DNA from: Paecilomyces variotii
Taxonomy: Eukaryota
Strand: one strand, 5' to 3'
Assembly (NCBI GenBank): GCA_004022145.1
Contig: RCNU01000010.1
Length of the DNA stretch: 64,000 nt
Translations under genes and position numbers: made by a program
Part shown: positions 24,074-37,650 of the stretch, piece by piece
Numbering within the stretch: the first letter of the stretch is position 1
Layout of the letters: the number at the start of each line of letters is the position of its first letter
The notes under the pieces: model-generated
Databases searched by the model: none
The model's input: the letters and a program-made list of their open reading frames with translations, nothing else
Told to the model about the DNA's origin: nothing

Positions 24074-25463
24074 TCAGACAGGTGTCGACCACGCATTCTC
24101 GCCAATTCGTGGCTTCATTTCGTAGTTGTCTGGCTCAGTGCTGGTGGGTCGTCTGATCGTCGAGTTGGGGAAGTACATATGAGGGGGCATGGAACCCGGG
24201 TACGCTGGACCACTGGGTTCAGGGTAGGCGTAGTCCGTTGCGGAGCCAGGAGAAGGCATGCTACCGTGAGATGGCGATGCCCATCCAAGGCTAGTCATAT
24301 GCGGGCTTCCATTGACGCTGTTGGGCCGGTGGTCATTGTTGGCCGGAGGCTCAAGAGGCTGAGGAGGAGCGTAGCCACTCGGGTGAGATGTCATGGATGG
24401 TCGTGTGTGGGGGGCACTGCTGAAGCTGGATAGGGAAGGAGACGTGGCTGTCGGAGATGCCCGAGGGCTCGCCTGCTGGAAATCCCCGCGGACGTGAGGC
24501 GGAATTGATCCGTTTGGCATATAATAGTCGCCGACTGGACGGTGCATATTCAAAGGTGGCAACTCGCTACCAGGTGACATTGATGCCTGAGCAGGGGAAG
24601 GCGTCGAGTGGGCAGAGGCAGTCTCGGAGTAGACCCCGTCAGAACGACCAGATCTCTCCTTGTTCTGCCTTAGGTTGGCTTCCGTTTCAGCTGCTGCTTC
24701 CTCGATAGTCCCCGTGTGATGGTTCTGATGCCGCGTCAAAGTTGTGCGCCGTGTGAATGTCTTCTGGCAGTTTGCGTATGGGCACTTGTATGGCCGCTTG
24801 CCGGAATGTATTCTGCGGTGTCTCGCGAGTGAGGACGAATCACTGAAGGGCTAAAATGCATTCTGTTAGATGATGACCTATATATAGATTTCTGAAGCTG
24901 AAACGTACCTTGCCACATCTCTCACACATATGTGGCTTCTCTCCAGTGTGGACACGAGCGTGGACCGTCAACGCAGAGCGCTGGATAAACTGCTTCCCAC
25001 AACCGGGCCATTCACAAGCGTGAGGCCTGATACCTGTGTGGATTCTCTCATGTCGCGCCAGGTCACTGCGACGAGCGAAACCCTTGCTACACGTCGAACA
25101 GTGGAAGGTCTTTGGGGCCGGTTCTGATCGAGGTGGTGGGGCAGTATTCTGCATCTGAGGATTCGGAGGGAAACCTCCATGCATATAGGGACTTTGCATC
25201 ATCGGTACACCGTTGCTTGGATGTGTGGGCGAAGGATATCGCATTCCCTGGGTGATGTTCGCCATCTGATGGAGCGAAGGAGCGCTTGGGGGATAGGACA
25301 GCACTGGATGATCTCCAGATTGGGAGGTACCGTGTTCTGAACCCATGTCGGACGACGTTCGGGAATCGAAGTGGGCGGCTTGTGCAAGTTGTTGTTGAAA
25401 TTGTGCTTCTGCAGCAGCTACAGCAGCTGAACCTTTTCTATTCAGAATGGTCGTGATCTCCAT
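24074..25463 (-). CDS. C2H2 zinc-finger transcription factor with 4 tandem fingers, 2 exons
   Basis: Fingers: CSTC..HERIH, CEWPGC..HARVH, CERC..HRRIH and CPYANC..HQNHH, with TGEKP-type linkers. Intron 24851-24908 joins the two ORF pieces. The C-terminus is S/P-rich. Confidence 0.93.
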
Positions 25464-28082
25464 GACCCGACTCAGCGGTTAGCTGAGGGATTGCGGTCAA
25501 GGACTAGACAGGCCTCCAGCACGTGGTCCTCGAAGGATATATATCAAGACCTTTTCCCTAGGTATGAAAGTGGCCAGCCGACAGAGGGAGCGATATGCGA
25601 CGCGGGGTTCCTTTCCGTTATGTGGCCCAAAGTCTAACTCGCGCCGGAATGCTTGTAGAGTGCCGGAATTAAGAATTGGCCGTAGCGTCCAGAGTTGGAA
25701 CGGGCACAGACCCCGCGGTGGTCAACGCTAAAGCTATCCCAAACAATCAGTCTCCGATAGGTATTAAGGTCGCAGAATCAAAAGTGCACAGCTTGAAGCA
25801 AAACAAAAAGAAATGACCACGAGCGGCTAGGCGACCACCCAGAGAGGATCATATGTGGTGCCGCTGCGAGAACGTGAATAGAACAGTCTGCGCGAAAACT
25901 GTGCAGCAAGTACAGTAGGGCAATTAGAAAAAGCGAATGACCTACCTTGCGTGATGGTGTCTCGGTAACTCTTCTCGAGGAAAGCGCAGTGTGGTCGAAG
26001 AATGGTAGTTGTAAGATCCGGAAATTCCACAACGCGGAATGTGAGCAGGAGCGGTAAGGGTGTCGCCCAATGAGCAAGGAGAGTGGACGAGGGAATGCAA
26101 CGCTTGACCTTGCCAGAAAGCGCTGTAGACTTGAAAAGGCAGACTGTAAACGGACTTCTCCCAAATACCTCTTGTCGGCTTCCGTCTTGCCCTCACAAGT
26201 CTGAATCACTCGCAGGTGCTGCGAACCTCGGTCACAAAGATTGGAATATGTGTCTAAGGAGACTGATGACTCAGTATTAACGTTGTTTAGAGATCCGTCG
26301 ATATATTGATTTCCACGTCGAAAATTCGAGGACACGACTCGAGCGGTACAGGGAAGAGCGACCGGAGTCAAGAGATAATCCCTAGAACTTGCAGGAGACG
26401 GTGATGATGGGGGCTTCAAAAATCGCGTCTCAACCCAAGATCTTCACAGAATATGCGATGTATTTATCGAGCAAGGACGTAAGGCGACAGGATCTTGATC
26501 CGTGCTGTTGATCAACCAATCATCCGATTTTTTTTTTCTTCTCCTTTCTTTTTCAGATGGCCCGAAGAGACGATAGCAAGCGGAAAATAGGAGCACTCTG
26601 TGTGAGGCTAGCCCTCGATTATTGCCAGACAGCTCAGAACCTCTGTTGTCTGACAGACGAGATGGCCACGAAGGTGTGACAAGGTGGAGAAACGATGACG
26701 GTGGGATGGGAAATTGCACGGCGCTTCCCGCGGTCCAGGTCGCTATCAGAGTTCAACAGTCAGTAAAGCGTGGAAGACAGGGACTTGAAAGAGCTTCAGT
26801 CCGTGGTTTAATGCTCGCAACGTAAAAAGAAAAAAAAGTCGGCGACAGTTTCGTGCTGCTCTCATCCCAGACGGAATTTGTGCGGTAACTGGCGGAGAGA
26901 ACCTGGGGCTGCAGCGTAGACGGTTGTAACAGCTCCGCTTTTGTCGAGTTCTCTAATAGAGGAACGACTCTGCATTTCAATCCACCAAGAGTAGACACCA
27001 GTAAAGGAGCTGAACAGTGAAAATGTTGCGGGATGGCTTGGGGGTTTCCACTGGCGTCATCGAGACAGCAGTTGGAAACGGGCCGGCCAGCGCGTCCAAA
27101 GAAGGAGAAAAAGGCACGTACCGTGATCCCGAAGCCTGCAGGCTCGAGTAATCCTGGGTCAAGGAGGTGCCTGGAGTCAAGACGATCGAGGTTTGCTGTC
27201 ACAGCCCGAGGAGTGGAAGAGTTTCGACGTCAAGCGGCGCAACCGCGGGAGGAAATTCGAGAGCGGCAAAAAAGGGAAACAGTACAAACAATCCGCGGTT
27301 GGCGACGCCAGCACAATACAATGCAAAGAAAAGAAAATAACCAGGACACGAGAGTTGCAAGTGTCAGCAGCGAGCAGCTGAGCACAGAAAGGACAGGACG
27401 GTCGAGAAATCGAGCTTGGATGCCCGGCGGGAGAATAATGTTATATCGATGATAATATGGGAGGCCAGGAACGGACGGGCAGGTAAGGTAAATAATAACT
27501 AGCTGGTAGGTGCTGAGAAAGCGTCCCAGGCACGAGATTGAGTAGAGTACTTATTCCAGAACAGGGCTACACGGTCCACCGCTCGACATCCACGATCAAG
27601 GATCCCAAATGGGCAAAGCCAGCGTGATTATTATTACGGATGTTACAGCTTCCCACGTTTCCACTTACGGTGGCTCCCTGAAGTCCCTGGCCGGTCTGGT
27701 CATTGCTGTCGGTGCCGGGGCCAGGGCAGAACAACATACCATAGCGCTGGCGGCGCCAAACGGTCGTCTCTCCCTTCAAGTGCCGGCTCCACAGCGTGGC
27801 CTTCCCCGTCCCCTTGGGCGAATCTGTCAGTGGATATCCTGAGCGCAGATCTGAAGATTCGGCAGCAGCTCGTCCAGACTAATGGCGATGGTCAGCTTGG
27901 AGGAGAGGAATAATGTCTCTCTCAGCTTCCCGACGTCGTCCGGCAGAGAAAACGCAGGAAGGACTGGAGAGCTGTCAGATCTCGATAAGCATTCCAGGGA
28001 ATCCCGTCTTGGGGATCGTTTGTTTCTTCTCATCCGTACCGCGACGGCTGTACGGATGCCTACTTGGAGCAGCAGCCACAGA

Positions 28083-28109
28083 CACACACACACACACACA
28101 CACACACAC
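28083..28109. repeat. (CA)n microsatellite
   Basis: About 13 uninterrupted CA units. Confidence 0.9.
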
Positions 28110-31100
28110 TCGAGCCTCGTGTCGATCTGCTGCGACGTGGAGGGAGGGCAGCCAGAGCCATACGCACCAAATGAACCACTTATTAGGGGTCTAGAGTGTA
28201 TTATTTGTTTGAGACCAGCCCGAATGGGGTCAAGGTTGGCGCCGGTTGGCGGCACAGGGCATCCTCCAAGAGAAGCCAACCCCATTCAGATCATTTAACT
28301 ATTCGCCATCTATCTATGTATTAAATGATATCTGTAAACCTGTTGTCCTATGAGTGTGTTCACTTGCCTATCCGCGTTTGTTCTTTCTCCGGTGATGGTG
28401 ATAAGGGTCAACTACGGCTGGCATCCGCCGTCATGCTGCCGTCACTCCTCGAAATCCGGATGAAGATCGAATACCAAGAGGTCGTCCATGACCAGAATCT
28501 GTTCTCTCGAACAACAGGGACGGCCTACCCCAGTGCGCTTCCACGACAGGATCGGCCGTCTCCTAGCAAGGATAATGATGGCATACTCGAAACACCGCTG
28601 TCGAGTTCCCCTCTGCATGTTCTCCCGGGGAGTTATAGCAGATGTGGATGCGTGGGCCGCAGCCTCCCCTGGGCCCAGGCGTGCATTGGGATGCTTTTTG
28701 GATCATCTCGTGTCCGTCGGGGATTCCCCTGCGACGGCGGCTCTTCACTAACTCCAAAAGTGTGATAGACCGTCGCGTCTCCCCGTGGCCAAGCCTCGCG
28801 CGGCCCCCTTGGCGAGTTTCCAGAAGAATTTTCGAACCGAGATGGAAGCCTTCGAAAGCATCCACCGCCGGGGCCTGGAAGTAGCGCCAGCTGCATCTGA
28901 CATGACGGTGCCGTCGACCGGGCGGTCCCTGGACAGGCCATCCTTGCACCATCGAGGCATCCTACTGAAACACGATCTCTTTATAGCATGAACGTAGCGG
29001 TAAAGGGGCTCTCTCGCTCTTCCCCTCTCTCTTAGCGTACGGCTTACCGTCGATTGGTTTTGGTCCTGTGGCAGAACAGCAATCCACATTCGATCGTGAT
29101 ATTTATCCCGCAGCCTTGGAGCAGCATGGAGCCCCGTCAGAAGATGTTGACCTTGGAGAGCTCCAAGCACAGACAAACACTGCATCCAATTCATGACGCT
29201 GTTCCGTAAACTTAATTCCTTCATGCTGCAATAATGTTCGGACCGCAAGGTCGTCGTCCCCACCGGTCAGGCCCTATCACTCGACGATATCGGATATACA
29301 GTCAATGAGTCGCGGGCCTTGCTCCATATCTCCTGGCACCATCCGATCTAGCTGGACTGATCGTCTCGGCCCTATGTCAACTATCATTGTTCGGGCGTGG
29401 ATCGTGATCGTACGGTCTTACCCCTGTCACCTGGGCACTGACAGCCGTTGGAATGACCACGGCTAGCATAGACTAGCTGTTGCTGGGGGTAAAACATATT
29501 GCGTACGCCAAAGAGGCTGGTGAGAACCATTTTACTGTGCAGTGTGAGGCTCACTTCCCTCCACCGCTGCATAAAGAGTTTCTATTCTATTCAAGTTCCA
29601 GACTTTTGTTTGTTGGTTTTTTGAGGGGCTCCATTGCCGCACGATTGCAGTTTATGAAACATCCAGAAGCATGCAAAAGAGAAGATGAATCGAAGATCTA
29701 CGGAGTACAGTCAGGGCAGTGCAGGCATCAACAATAGCACGGCCACTTGCACTGACTCGGGAAGGCATTTGGGGGGATTGATGACCCTTTTTTCTCGGGG
29801 GGGCGGCTGGGAAAGCCGTGGAGAATATCCACTGCGCCGGATCGACTCTTCTGATCCTGCACGATACTCTAGACTCGACTCTTTGTTGCTAAATTGCCAA
29901 AACGGAACATCACCAAAAATGTGGACTTCGTGGTTCGGTCTACCGTTAAACTAGGGCATCGGCAATTCTGGAAAAGTAACTTACGTGGACCCCGGGATGC
30001 AATAGTAGTGAAAATGGAGGCCATGAATATCAGCCACAAACAGACTGCCTACTCGACTCTAGCACCCGGATCGGTTCCTCTACCGTCCAAGGACAGATGA
30101 CATCAGAAGGTTGATGTCATACAAATAACTCCCTATTTGTCTTCGGTACTGATTCTTGCAACTGGCCATCCTCCTGCGCCCTTCCTTGCGGATACACTGA
30201 ACTCTTCAGGGACTCTCTGAGCGTCTCATACTGGAGTACGCGGCCGGATACAGTCGCTGCTGCTTCTCGACATCACCGCGCGAGTCCTCTTGGAGATCCA
30301 CCAAGTCTGGTTAAGGCGACGTCTATAAGCCTGGGACCCCTGTTCGGACCTCCAGCCGTCCTTATCAACATCATCCACCCGGCCCCGGGGGATTCGGTGT
30401 AGGGGGCAGCTGAAGTCCTGAGCTCTACTGGTTCAAAGGACCAGAGGATAATCTCTCCGCGAGCGCTAAACAAGGTCCAAGGGCCTCCTTTCAACCTTGT
30501 TCTCTTCTTTTCGCAGGACGGTTAAATTACTGCTCGAGCCGGCGTCGTTCCAGAATTTTCTGGAAGGCTTCCTATTGTTGACCGTCGAAGCTTCAGAAGC
30601 GGGTAACCCCTGTCTCATCAATGATGACACGGTCCTCCGGTGGGCCTGCTCGTCCGTCGTCTTCCTGTTCCACTGCTAAGTGTGCTATACGGCTCAACGG
30701 ACGGTGGTGGATCCCCGTTACGAGCGACGGAGATGAAGGACGGCGAGTATCGTCACCGCCCACCTCAATTCTCCGTGTTGATGGCAGCATAGTTATGTCG
30801 AACAGCGAACGTCAGGCTCGTAAAGCACGGAAGAGCCCCTCAATTTCCCTAGATGACTCGGTTAAACCTCCGTTCAAGAGGCCAGGCTCGAGTCGGCTCA
30901 ATCACTCAGAAGCAAACGATCTACGCGCCTGGGCTTCTCCATCCCATGTTGACTTGATGCACACGGACGGGACCGTAAATCAAAGATCCACTAAGAAAAT
31001 GGGCACGGAATCACGCCAAAAGTGCTTCTAGAAGGCCGCTAGAAACAAAAGGGGGTCCAGTGAACAACCGGTGAGAGAGGATGCAAGCGGCATTGCGGCA

Positions 31101-32931
31101 TAACCCTGGAAGGAACCCGAAAGCGCAGTTGTAGGACTGCTGTGGCTTGGTCCTCTTTCTCGGGTACTCCTCATCCCCCAAGACGAGGAATGTAAGTGGT
31201 AATACCTACGGAGATGCGGTGTAGATACCGATCGCCTTTGCGCAGGCATCATGCAGCTTCGAAGCAAATCAGAAATCCATGTGCGCGTCAGGGGCACAGC
31301 CAAGGTCCTCGAGCGGCTTACTGAGCCAGAATCGACGTCCCCGGTGAGTTTCTTGAGGAGACCGGGCAAGAAACATCCTGATATCGTCTATCTAGATTCT
31401 AGAGATACATAACTCTTGGTGGTGTCCTCAGGCCCAGGCGCATAGCTGGGGATGATTGCATCTTCTATGGCATGTTCTCTATCATCAACTATCTAAATAT
31501 ACATAGTGGGGGAGGGTCAATCAGACGGTCAGACCTCGTTATCGCCGTGCGGACAATAATGCGATCCGATTGTCATCTGTATCTCAACGCGCAGTACCAC
31601 AGATCTACTTTTCTTTTTCCCCCATCTGCTCGCGAGCACCGATATCTTCCAGACCCCTTCCATATTGCCAAGTATCATAGCGCCTATGCCCCTGCCACCC
31701 GATCATCGAGCCCTAATACTTTTTTTCTCCGATGATCAAGTATCATTATTTACCTCAATTTTTCCCAAGCTCATTGCAGAACAAAGAAAACTGAGAAGAA
31801 ACGCCCGAGGCCAGCCACCACGTGCGCCACGCATCTAAGAATGCCACGCGGCGCATGTAGGGGGAAGAAAAAAAGAGAAGAAGGGAGCTGCATAATGCTA
31901 AACCCCGACTCTGCATAATGACCATGTGTTAACTAGTTCTTTTGTCCCCTTAGCCGCATCATCGATCATGCAGAGTACTCGCATAGAATCCTAATATAGA
32001 CAGCGATCTTGTTTCAACCTGTTATGATTTGCTTTTTGTTTTGTTCATTCAACATTTTCCCATACTTGGGATCTTTACCATGCAGGAGTCGAACATTCGT
32101 TTGCATTGTTATTTTTCGTTTCTCTAACTATGCTAGGTTGATCTTCAGCTTAACATCTAGACATCAACTGAGCTAATAATATTTCCCATCTCTCATCTAA
32201 AAATTCAGCCCTTCTTTGTCCGTAAGGGATCGCCATCGCGCTAACTTCTTCTCTTTACATTTATTTATTTATACTTCATCTCTAATACCCCTTCTTATAA
32301 TAGACTAGAAAGTATACCCCGTATTCGTGGAGGATAAACCTATGTATAAATATAGTAAAGACCGGGGTTTTTCTCTTTTCATTGTTGTTTCCTCGGGTCC
32401 GGAAAACTTTCTTTCTTTCTTTCTTTCTTACTAATTAATGTAGTAGCTATTTCTGGAAAGTTGTGCTTTAGTTATAGTAGTTTTTTTGAACGGGGCGTTT
32501 CTTATAAGCTTTTTCTGCGGTTCGGTCCAGGAGGAAGGAGTAGTGGTGGGTTTCTGTTCTAAGGGTTGTTGGTTTGTCCAGTAGTGGTGTGGTATATTCA
32601 TTGTTTCGCTGGCTGGTTGAGAAGAGGGAGTGGCAAGCATTGTAACTTGAAACTTAAACTGGATAGAGTTGTTTTATTATTGTTTCTGGTTATTCAAGAA
32701 TTGGAATCTATATATTTGGTTCGGGAAGAAGTATTTACCGCTGCTTACTACAAAGATCATACCTTCCTTTCTGTCATCGTTTTCTATTGATTTATATATA
32801 TATATTTTTCCAGATTATTTTCTCCGTGTCACTTTTGTTTCTTTCTATTGGCTTCAGGTCCCATCTCTTCTAGGAAAAAAAGAATACACATACACATACA
32901 CATACAGAATTGGTGGTATATTGATATCACA

Positions 32932-33945
32932 TCATACACCCTTCCTCACAGCCCAGAAATAATTACCCCAGTATTCCGATCCAGGGACAAACTTCCACCC
33001 AATTCCAGGAATATATATCACACCAGCAGCCTTCCAGCGCATATCCTCTAGAGCCTCGCTGCCTGCTCTCTGTGCGGCGCCGTCCTTCGATCTCATCAGC
33101 GCCTCCTGAGCCCAGCTCTTGGCTTCGTCCACGTTGACGAACTTGTTCCATTCATGCGTGCCGGGGGGTACGACTCCAATGGGCCATGGCGCTTCTGCGA
33201 TGGCTTTGCTGACGAGGAACGAGGTGCAGGTGCGCGCGATGGTTGATCCGACCAGCCATCCGCCGGGACGGACGAGACGGAGACAGCTCGTCAGGAAGGC
33301 TAGTGGGTTGTCGACGTGCTCGAGCACTTCGAAGAGCGTGACCATGTCGAAGCCCTCGCGGGCATCGGGTGTCTCGGAGAGAGCCTCGACGGTCGTGTTC
33401 TCGTATCGGAAGCGGCCGCTTTGTAGGTGGGCGTGGAGAGCTGGGTCGATGCGAGCGTGATCGCGCGCGATCCGGATCAGGGTCGTGGAGGGGTCAATGG
33501 CAAGGAGGGAGGTCGCGTGTGTGATTGGAGATAGTGGTTGTGCTCGTTCGGGAAGAGGGATTGTTCGTGCTAGAGATTCGGCGAAGATGCCCCCGCCGCA
33601 ACCGATGTCGAGGTATTGCAAGCCAGGTGCTGTAGTAGAGCTACTTGCTCCATCATCTAAAGCTGTGTTGTTCTGTAAATGGCGAGGAGGAGCATCAGCT
33701 AAGCAGGATGCGATAAAGTCATGTCGTAGCGGGTTCATCAGGTGGAGAGGCCGAGATGGGCCTACGGGATCCCACCAGCTGCTGGCGAGGGCGGAGAAGT
33801 GTGAGAGTTCATCTGCCGAGACAGATGAGGAGGAGTGGTTTCGGATGAAGGATCGAGCGGTCTTGGAAGGGTTATAGGTGTTGCGGAGGAGGGAGGAGAG
33901 CTGTCTTGTAGCCGCCATGGGCCGTAGGCATGAAGTGGACGCCAT
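32932..33945 (-). CDS. COQ3: Ubiquinone biosynthesis O-methyltransferase, mitochondrial
   Basis: Presequence followed by SSVSADELSHFSALASSWWDP.GPSRPLHLMNPLR. SAM motif LDIGCGGGIFAESLAR, plus FEVLEHV, PPGTHEWNKFVN and GNYF. Confidence 0.95.
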   Translation of the reverse strand: MASTSCLRPMAATRQLSSLLRNTYNPSKTARSFIRNHSSSSVSADELSHFSALASSWWDPVGPSRPLHLMNPLRHDFIASCLADAPPRHLQNNTALDDGASSSTTAPGLQYLDIGCGGGIFAESLARTIPLPERAQPLSPITHATSLLAIDPSTTLIRIARDHARIDPALHAHLQSGRFRYENTTVEALSETPDAREGFDMVTLFEVLEHVDNPLAFLTSCLRLVRPGGWLVGSTIARTCTSFLVSKAIAEAPWPIGVVPPGTHEWNKFVNVDEAKSWAQEALMRSKDGAAQRAGSEALEDMRWKAAGVIYIPGIGWKFVPGSEYWGNYFWAVRKGV

Positions 33946-34835
33946 GGGAGCGCCGTGATATCCTCAAAGGAAGGCTGCGACTGGGACCGTATCGCGAAAG
34001 GTCGATTCAATGAGATTGACGAGTATGCCTCTCTCAAGGATCTTTTATTTCGCAATCAAGAATCTGCTCATCATCCATCATCGATCAGTATGCTTTCTGG
34101 TCCCGGGATCGACACCATCATCAGCTATGCACCTACATACCTACAGCAAAATAAAACCCCTTGTTGCGATTATCATGATGATTAGTATAAAGCAAAAGCA
34201 CTACTTGGCCATTGGCGCAATAACCAATTAGTTAGGCAAAGTTTAGGCTGGTGAATGATGAAATCAAGCTCGTCGAAGCTCCGGCGGCGGCCAAAAGTTG
34301 GGGAGCTTTCGGGATGTCGAGAACAAACACGCCAAGAAGTCGACTACATACCTGTACAGTACATACGAACCAGATCAACGATTTTCAAGAAAGAACTAAC
34401 ACTATAATGCGAAGAGTCCCAATCTCTGCGCATCTGATTATCTATCAGCTACAGCTGCTGGTGAATATTGGTGGTATCTATACTGTTAAGTACAGCAGTC
34501 AATCGAGGAACCCCCGCATATCCTATCCTAAGTATCCTATCGACCAAGGAGTAATTTGGTAGGCGTAGTAAGACTCTGATGGCTTTCTGCCAGTCGACCA
34601 AAAAGGAGAACTCCTTGTTGGTCTGCCTGGGTCTCTAACAGACTCCAAGGACGATGTGCAAGTACAACCCGAGAACACATGCGCAAAGTCGTGTGCGTGT
34701 GCTGCTGTCAAGGATAGATAGCATCATCGAAATCCACAATGGTACCCCTGGCTGAATGGTAGGCGCATGTACGAGTCTCGATCTAGAAACCGCTTCCATC
34801 GCTTTCCTCATAAGCTCCACATCCTCGTCCTCCCT

Positions 34836-36193
34836 TTACGATGTGCTCTTCATTATAGCCTCTCTCAGTTGTACTGAGAGCATGATATTGATATCATCGT
34901 CGTGGTCGTCTTCCATGTCAGCACTCTTGAATGTCGTGTCCTCAAGGAGGGATGGCGGCAGTTCACAACAACCACAGATGTTCCTGGCGAGAGAGATGAG
35001 AGTAGAATATCGCAGGTACGGCCCAGGGCTTGCCCAAAAGCGAGCTCTATCCTCGACCTTTTCTATGAATGATGTGTTGCCTGAGTTCTTTGCATGCAGG
35101 TATGTAACGATGAATCTGAAGCACAAGAAGCGCCTTGATGGGCGGTTCGAGGTAAGGAATGTAAGCTCCTTCCCATCAAGATCCTGTAGCCGGTATCAGC
35201 AATGTTGCCATAAAAAAAATAGTAAAATGTCAATGTAATGAGCTTACCTCCCATCTTATGAGAGTATCACCTTTCACAAGGCAGACAAGCTTCTTACGAG
35301 AGTTATCCACCAGAATACACTTCCATCTCGTACCTTCCCCGGAGTTGTCTTCTGGCACAGGTACTATCGCGATACTTCCATCATCCAGACCAGCCTCGAT
35401 CCTGCCATGTAGGGATATACCTGGAACCATTTAGTATCTTGGAATATAACACAAGTATTGAGAGAGTAAGCAAGAGCGTACCGCTGCGCGGGTCAAATCG
35501 GACCAGTTCTTTTGTTCCAAAGAGATATCCGATCTCTTCCCCAGCCAAAGACTTGGGTACAAGATATGCAGCCTTTACGCATCCTGAATCTTCCCAGCCG
35601 GTGAGATGGCAGTATGCCGCAAATTCTTCCCTTTTACCGTTATGGTCTTGGACTTGAACGGCTGAGTAAAATTCGAGAACGTCCCGTCTGAAATCGCTCC
35701 GATTAAACTTGGCCTTCTTCTGCTTTGATAAGGCTCTCATCACGCGAGGAACAATAGCGTTGGCATACGCTCTCTCGAGAAAGTCCTGGTCAGGTCCAAC
35801 ATCATCTTTTCGACGTTTCCCCCGGAGCTTATCCTCGAGATCGTCCTGCAGGATGTTCCTCTGGCGCTTTATTAACTGAAGGTCCCCATAGGCTAGCTTC
35901 ATATCGTCCAGGACCGAATGTAGCTCAGTTTTATAATCAGCGTCGTCGATCGTGTGAGCAGCTCTTACCTCATGCAGACCGTCTTTATAGGCCCGCAAGT
36001 AGTCTATTTCTAGCTGGTAAGACTCTGTCTTATCCTCCAGGAATTCAGACACTGTCGAGGACGCCGCGGATAGGCGAGAGAAGGCAGGGGTCTGACTGAA
36101 ATTGAAATCTCGCTGCTTGCTTCGAAGCGTCTTTTGGCGGTCCTCTGACATCAGAGAGGAGTATCTCTCTGGAATCGAGGGTCTCCGTGACAT
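34836..36193 (-). CDS. Fungal HNH-endonuclease-like (HNH_2 type) protein, possibly catalytically dead or decaying; 3 exons
   Basis: N-terminal coiled region, then YCHLTGW...VKAAYLVPKSL (family usually AAH[IL]VP), DPRSG|ISLHGRIEAGLD.G.IAIVP, W.|DLDGKELTF...RP.RRF..FRF and FWASPGPYLR. GT..AG introns lie at about 35421-35480 and 35183-35247. Confidence 0.6.
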
Positions 36194-36725
36194 AGTGGAT
36201 AGATAATTAGAAGATAGAAGTCAGCTGAAAGTGATAGATTCGACGTCTCTTTCTGTAGTCAAAGAGGAGTTATCTTCTGCAGAGATAGAGCGCGTAGACG
36301 ATAAGAAGGTGTTTGACCACGGGGTTGTTTCTGGCACCTTTTACCAAGCTCGAGGTAATGATAGAATGGGAGAGACAAGAATATGAGTGAATGTCAAATC
36401 CGTACGCGAGTGAGGATGAGGTGGAAACGATCAAGAGATGCTCAATAGTCGCCTGCAAAGGACCGGAGATCACAGTAGGAAAGGCAGGAAGAAAGAGATG
36501 ATCACAGAGGCAGATGGCTTTCAGTGCCTTGTGAGGGACAAGGACAACACTATCCTCGATATACCAGGAAGTTTGAAGAGGATGGGAGAAGGGGGCAGGA
36601 TGGCTGAGAATGATGGACGAGATGAAAACAGAAGAGATACGACGATGTGATGATTTCAAAGTTGCTCTGTCACGATTGATTGATAGAGGGTTGGGAAAGA
36701 TGACAAGGAAGAAATGAGCTGGTAC

Positions 36726-36989
36726 AAATAATAAAGCAGGCAACTATGTCGGCGTACAAAGCGAACGCCAGGTGATCTGTCAATTTGCGGCAGGTTCTTT
36801 GAATCCTGATCATAGGATAGAACCTACTGGATTATTTGATTGCTAGATCCTTTGTATACTTATAGAGAGATAAAATACGGGTTCAAATCCCCCCAAGAAC
36901 TAGAAGCAAGCAAGAAATTCAAGGTATCCAGGTCAGGCTTTGCTTCCGTGCCAGTCAATATCCGACAGAAATAATAAAGCAGGCAACTA
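36726..36989. repeat. Perfect 21-bp direct repeat pair
   Basis: AAATAATAAAGCAGGCAACTA at 36726-36746 and 36969-36989. Confidence 0.85.
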
Positions 36990-37650
36990 AGCCTTCGGTA
37001 CTATACCAGACTGGGACATTGTTGACAACGGGCTTCCAAGGCTGCCGCATATCTGGCATTCACCATTTTCTCTTGAAGGGAATACATTAGAAGTGCAGCC
37101 TAGATCTGAATAGTTCGCGGAGTTTTCAAGATGCTTGGTTGAGGAACTATGTAGGGTGCTTGGTTAACGTGTTCTATCCTTAAGTAGATCAAATCTTCGT
37201 GTGGATTATGTACTACTTTTCTGGATATACAATGTTGATTTGATTTGAATAATAATAAATCGCATCTGATTGGCAACAACAGCGTCCTGGTTCATGCCAA
37301 GTTAATTATTTTAAGCGGTTCGATAGGTCTGGATAGCAAGATATAAGACCTTGGCGGACAGTCATTCTTAGGCGCCCTGCAGGGCCTAAACTAAACCTCA
37401 ACAGGTCCCCGACGACGACGGGATACTGTGATTATAAAAGTCCGCGTAGGACCGCCCAAACATAAGCACTTGAAAGTACGGACTCAACTAGACATAGATC
37501 GACTGGCAGTATCATCAGCTCTTCTCAAGACTATCTACCTAGACTGCCTGTTTTCCGACCTACTGTGAAGAGCCCACTTCTACCGATTTCATCAACCAGA
37601 TCCCATTTTGATCCGTACGCATCTCACATCGAGCGGCGACAAGTGGAATC

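Noticed and set aside
36860-36900. Possible tRNA gene
   Set aside because: Only a T-arm-like hairpin is present, with no acceptor, D or anticodon stems.
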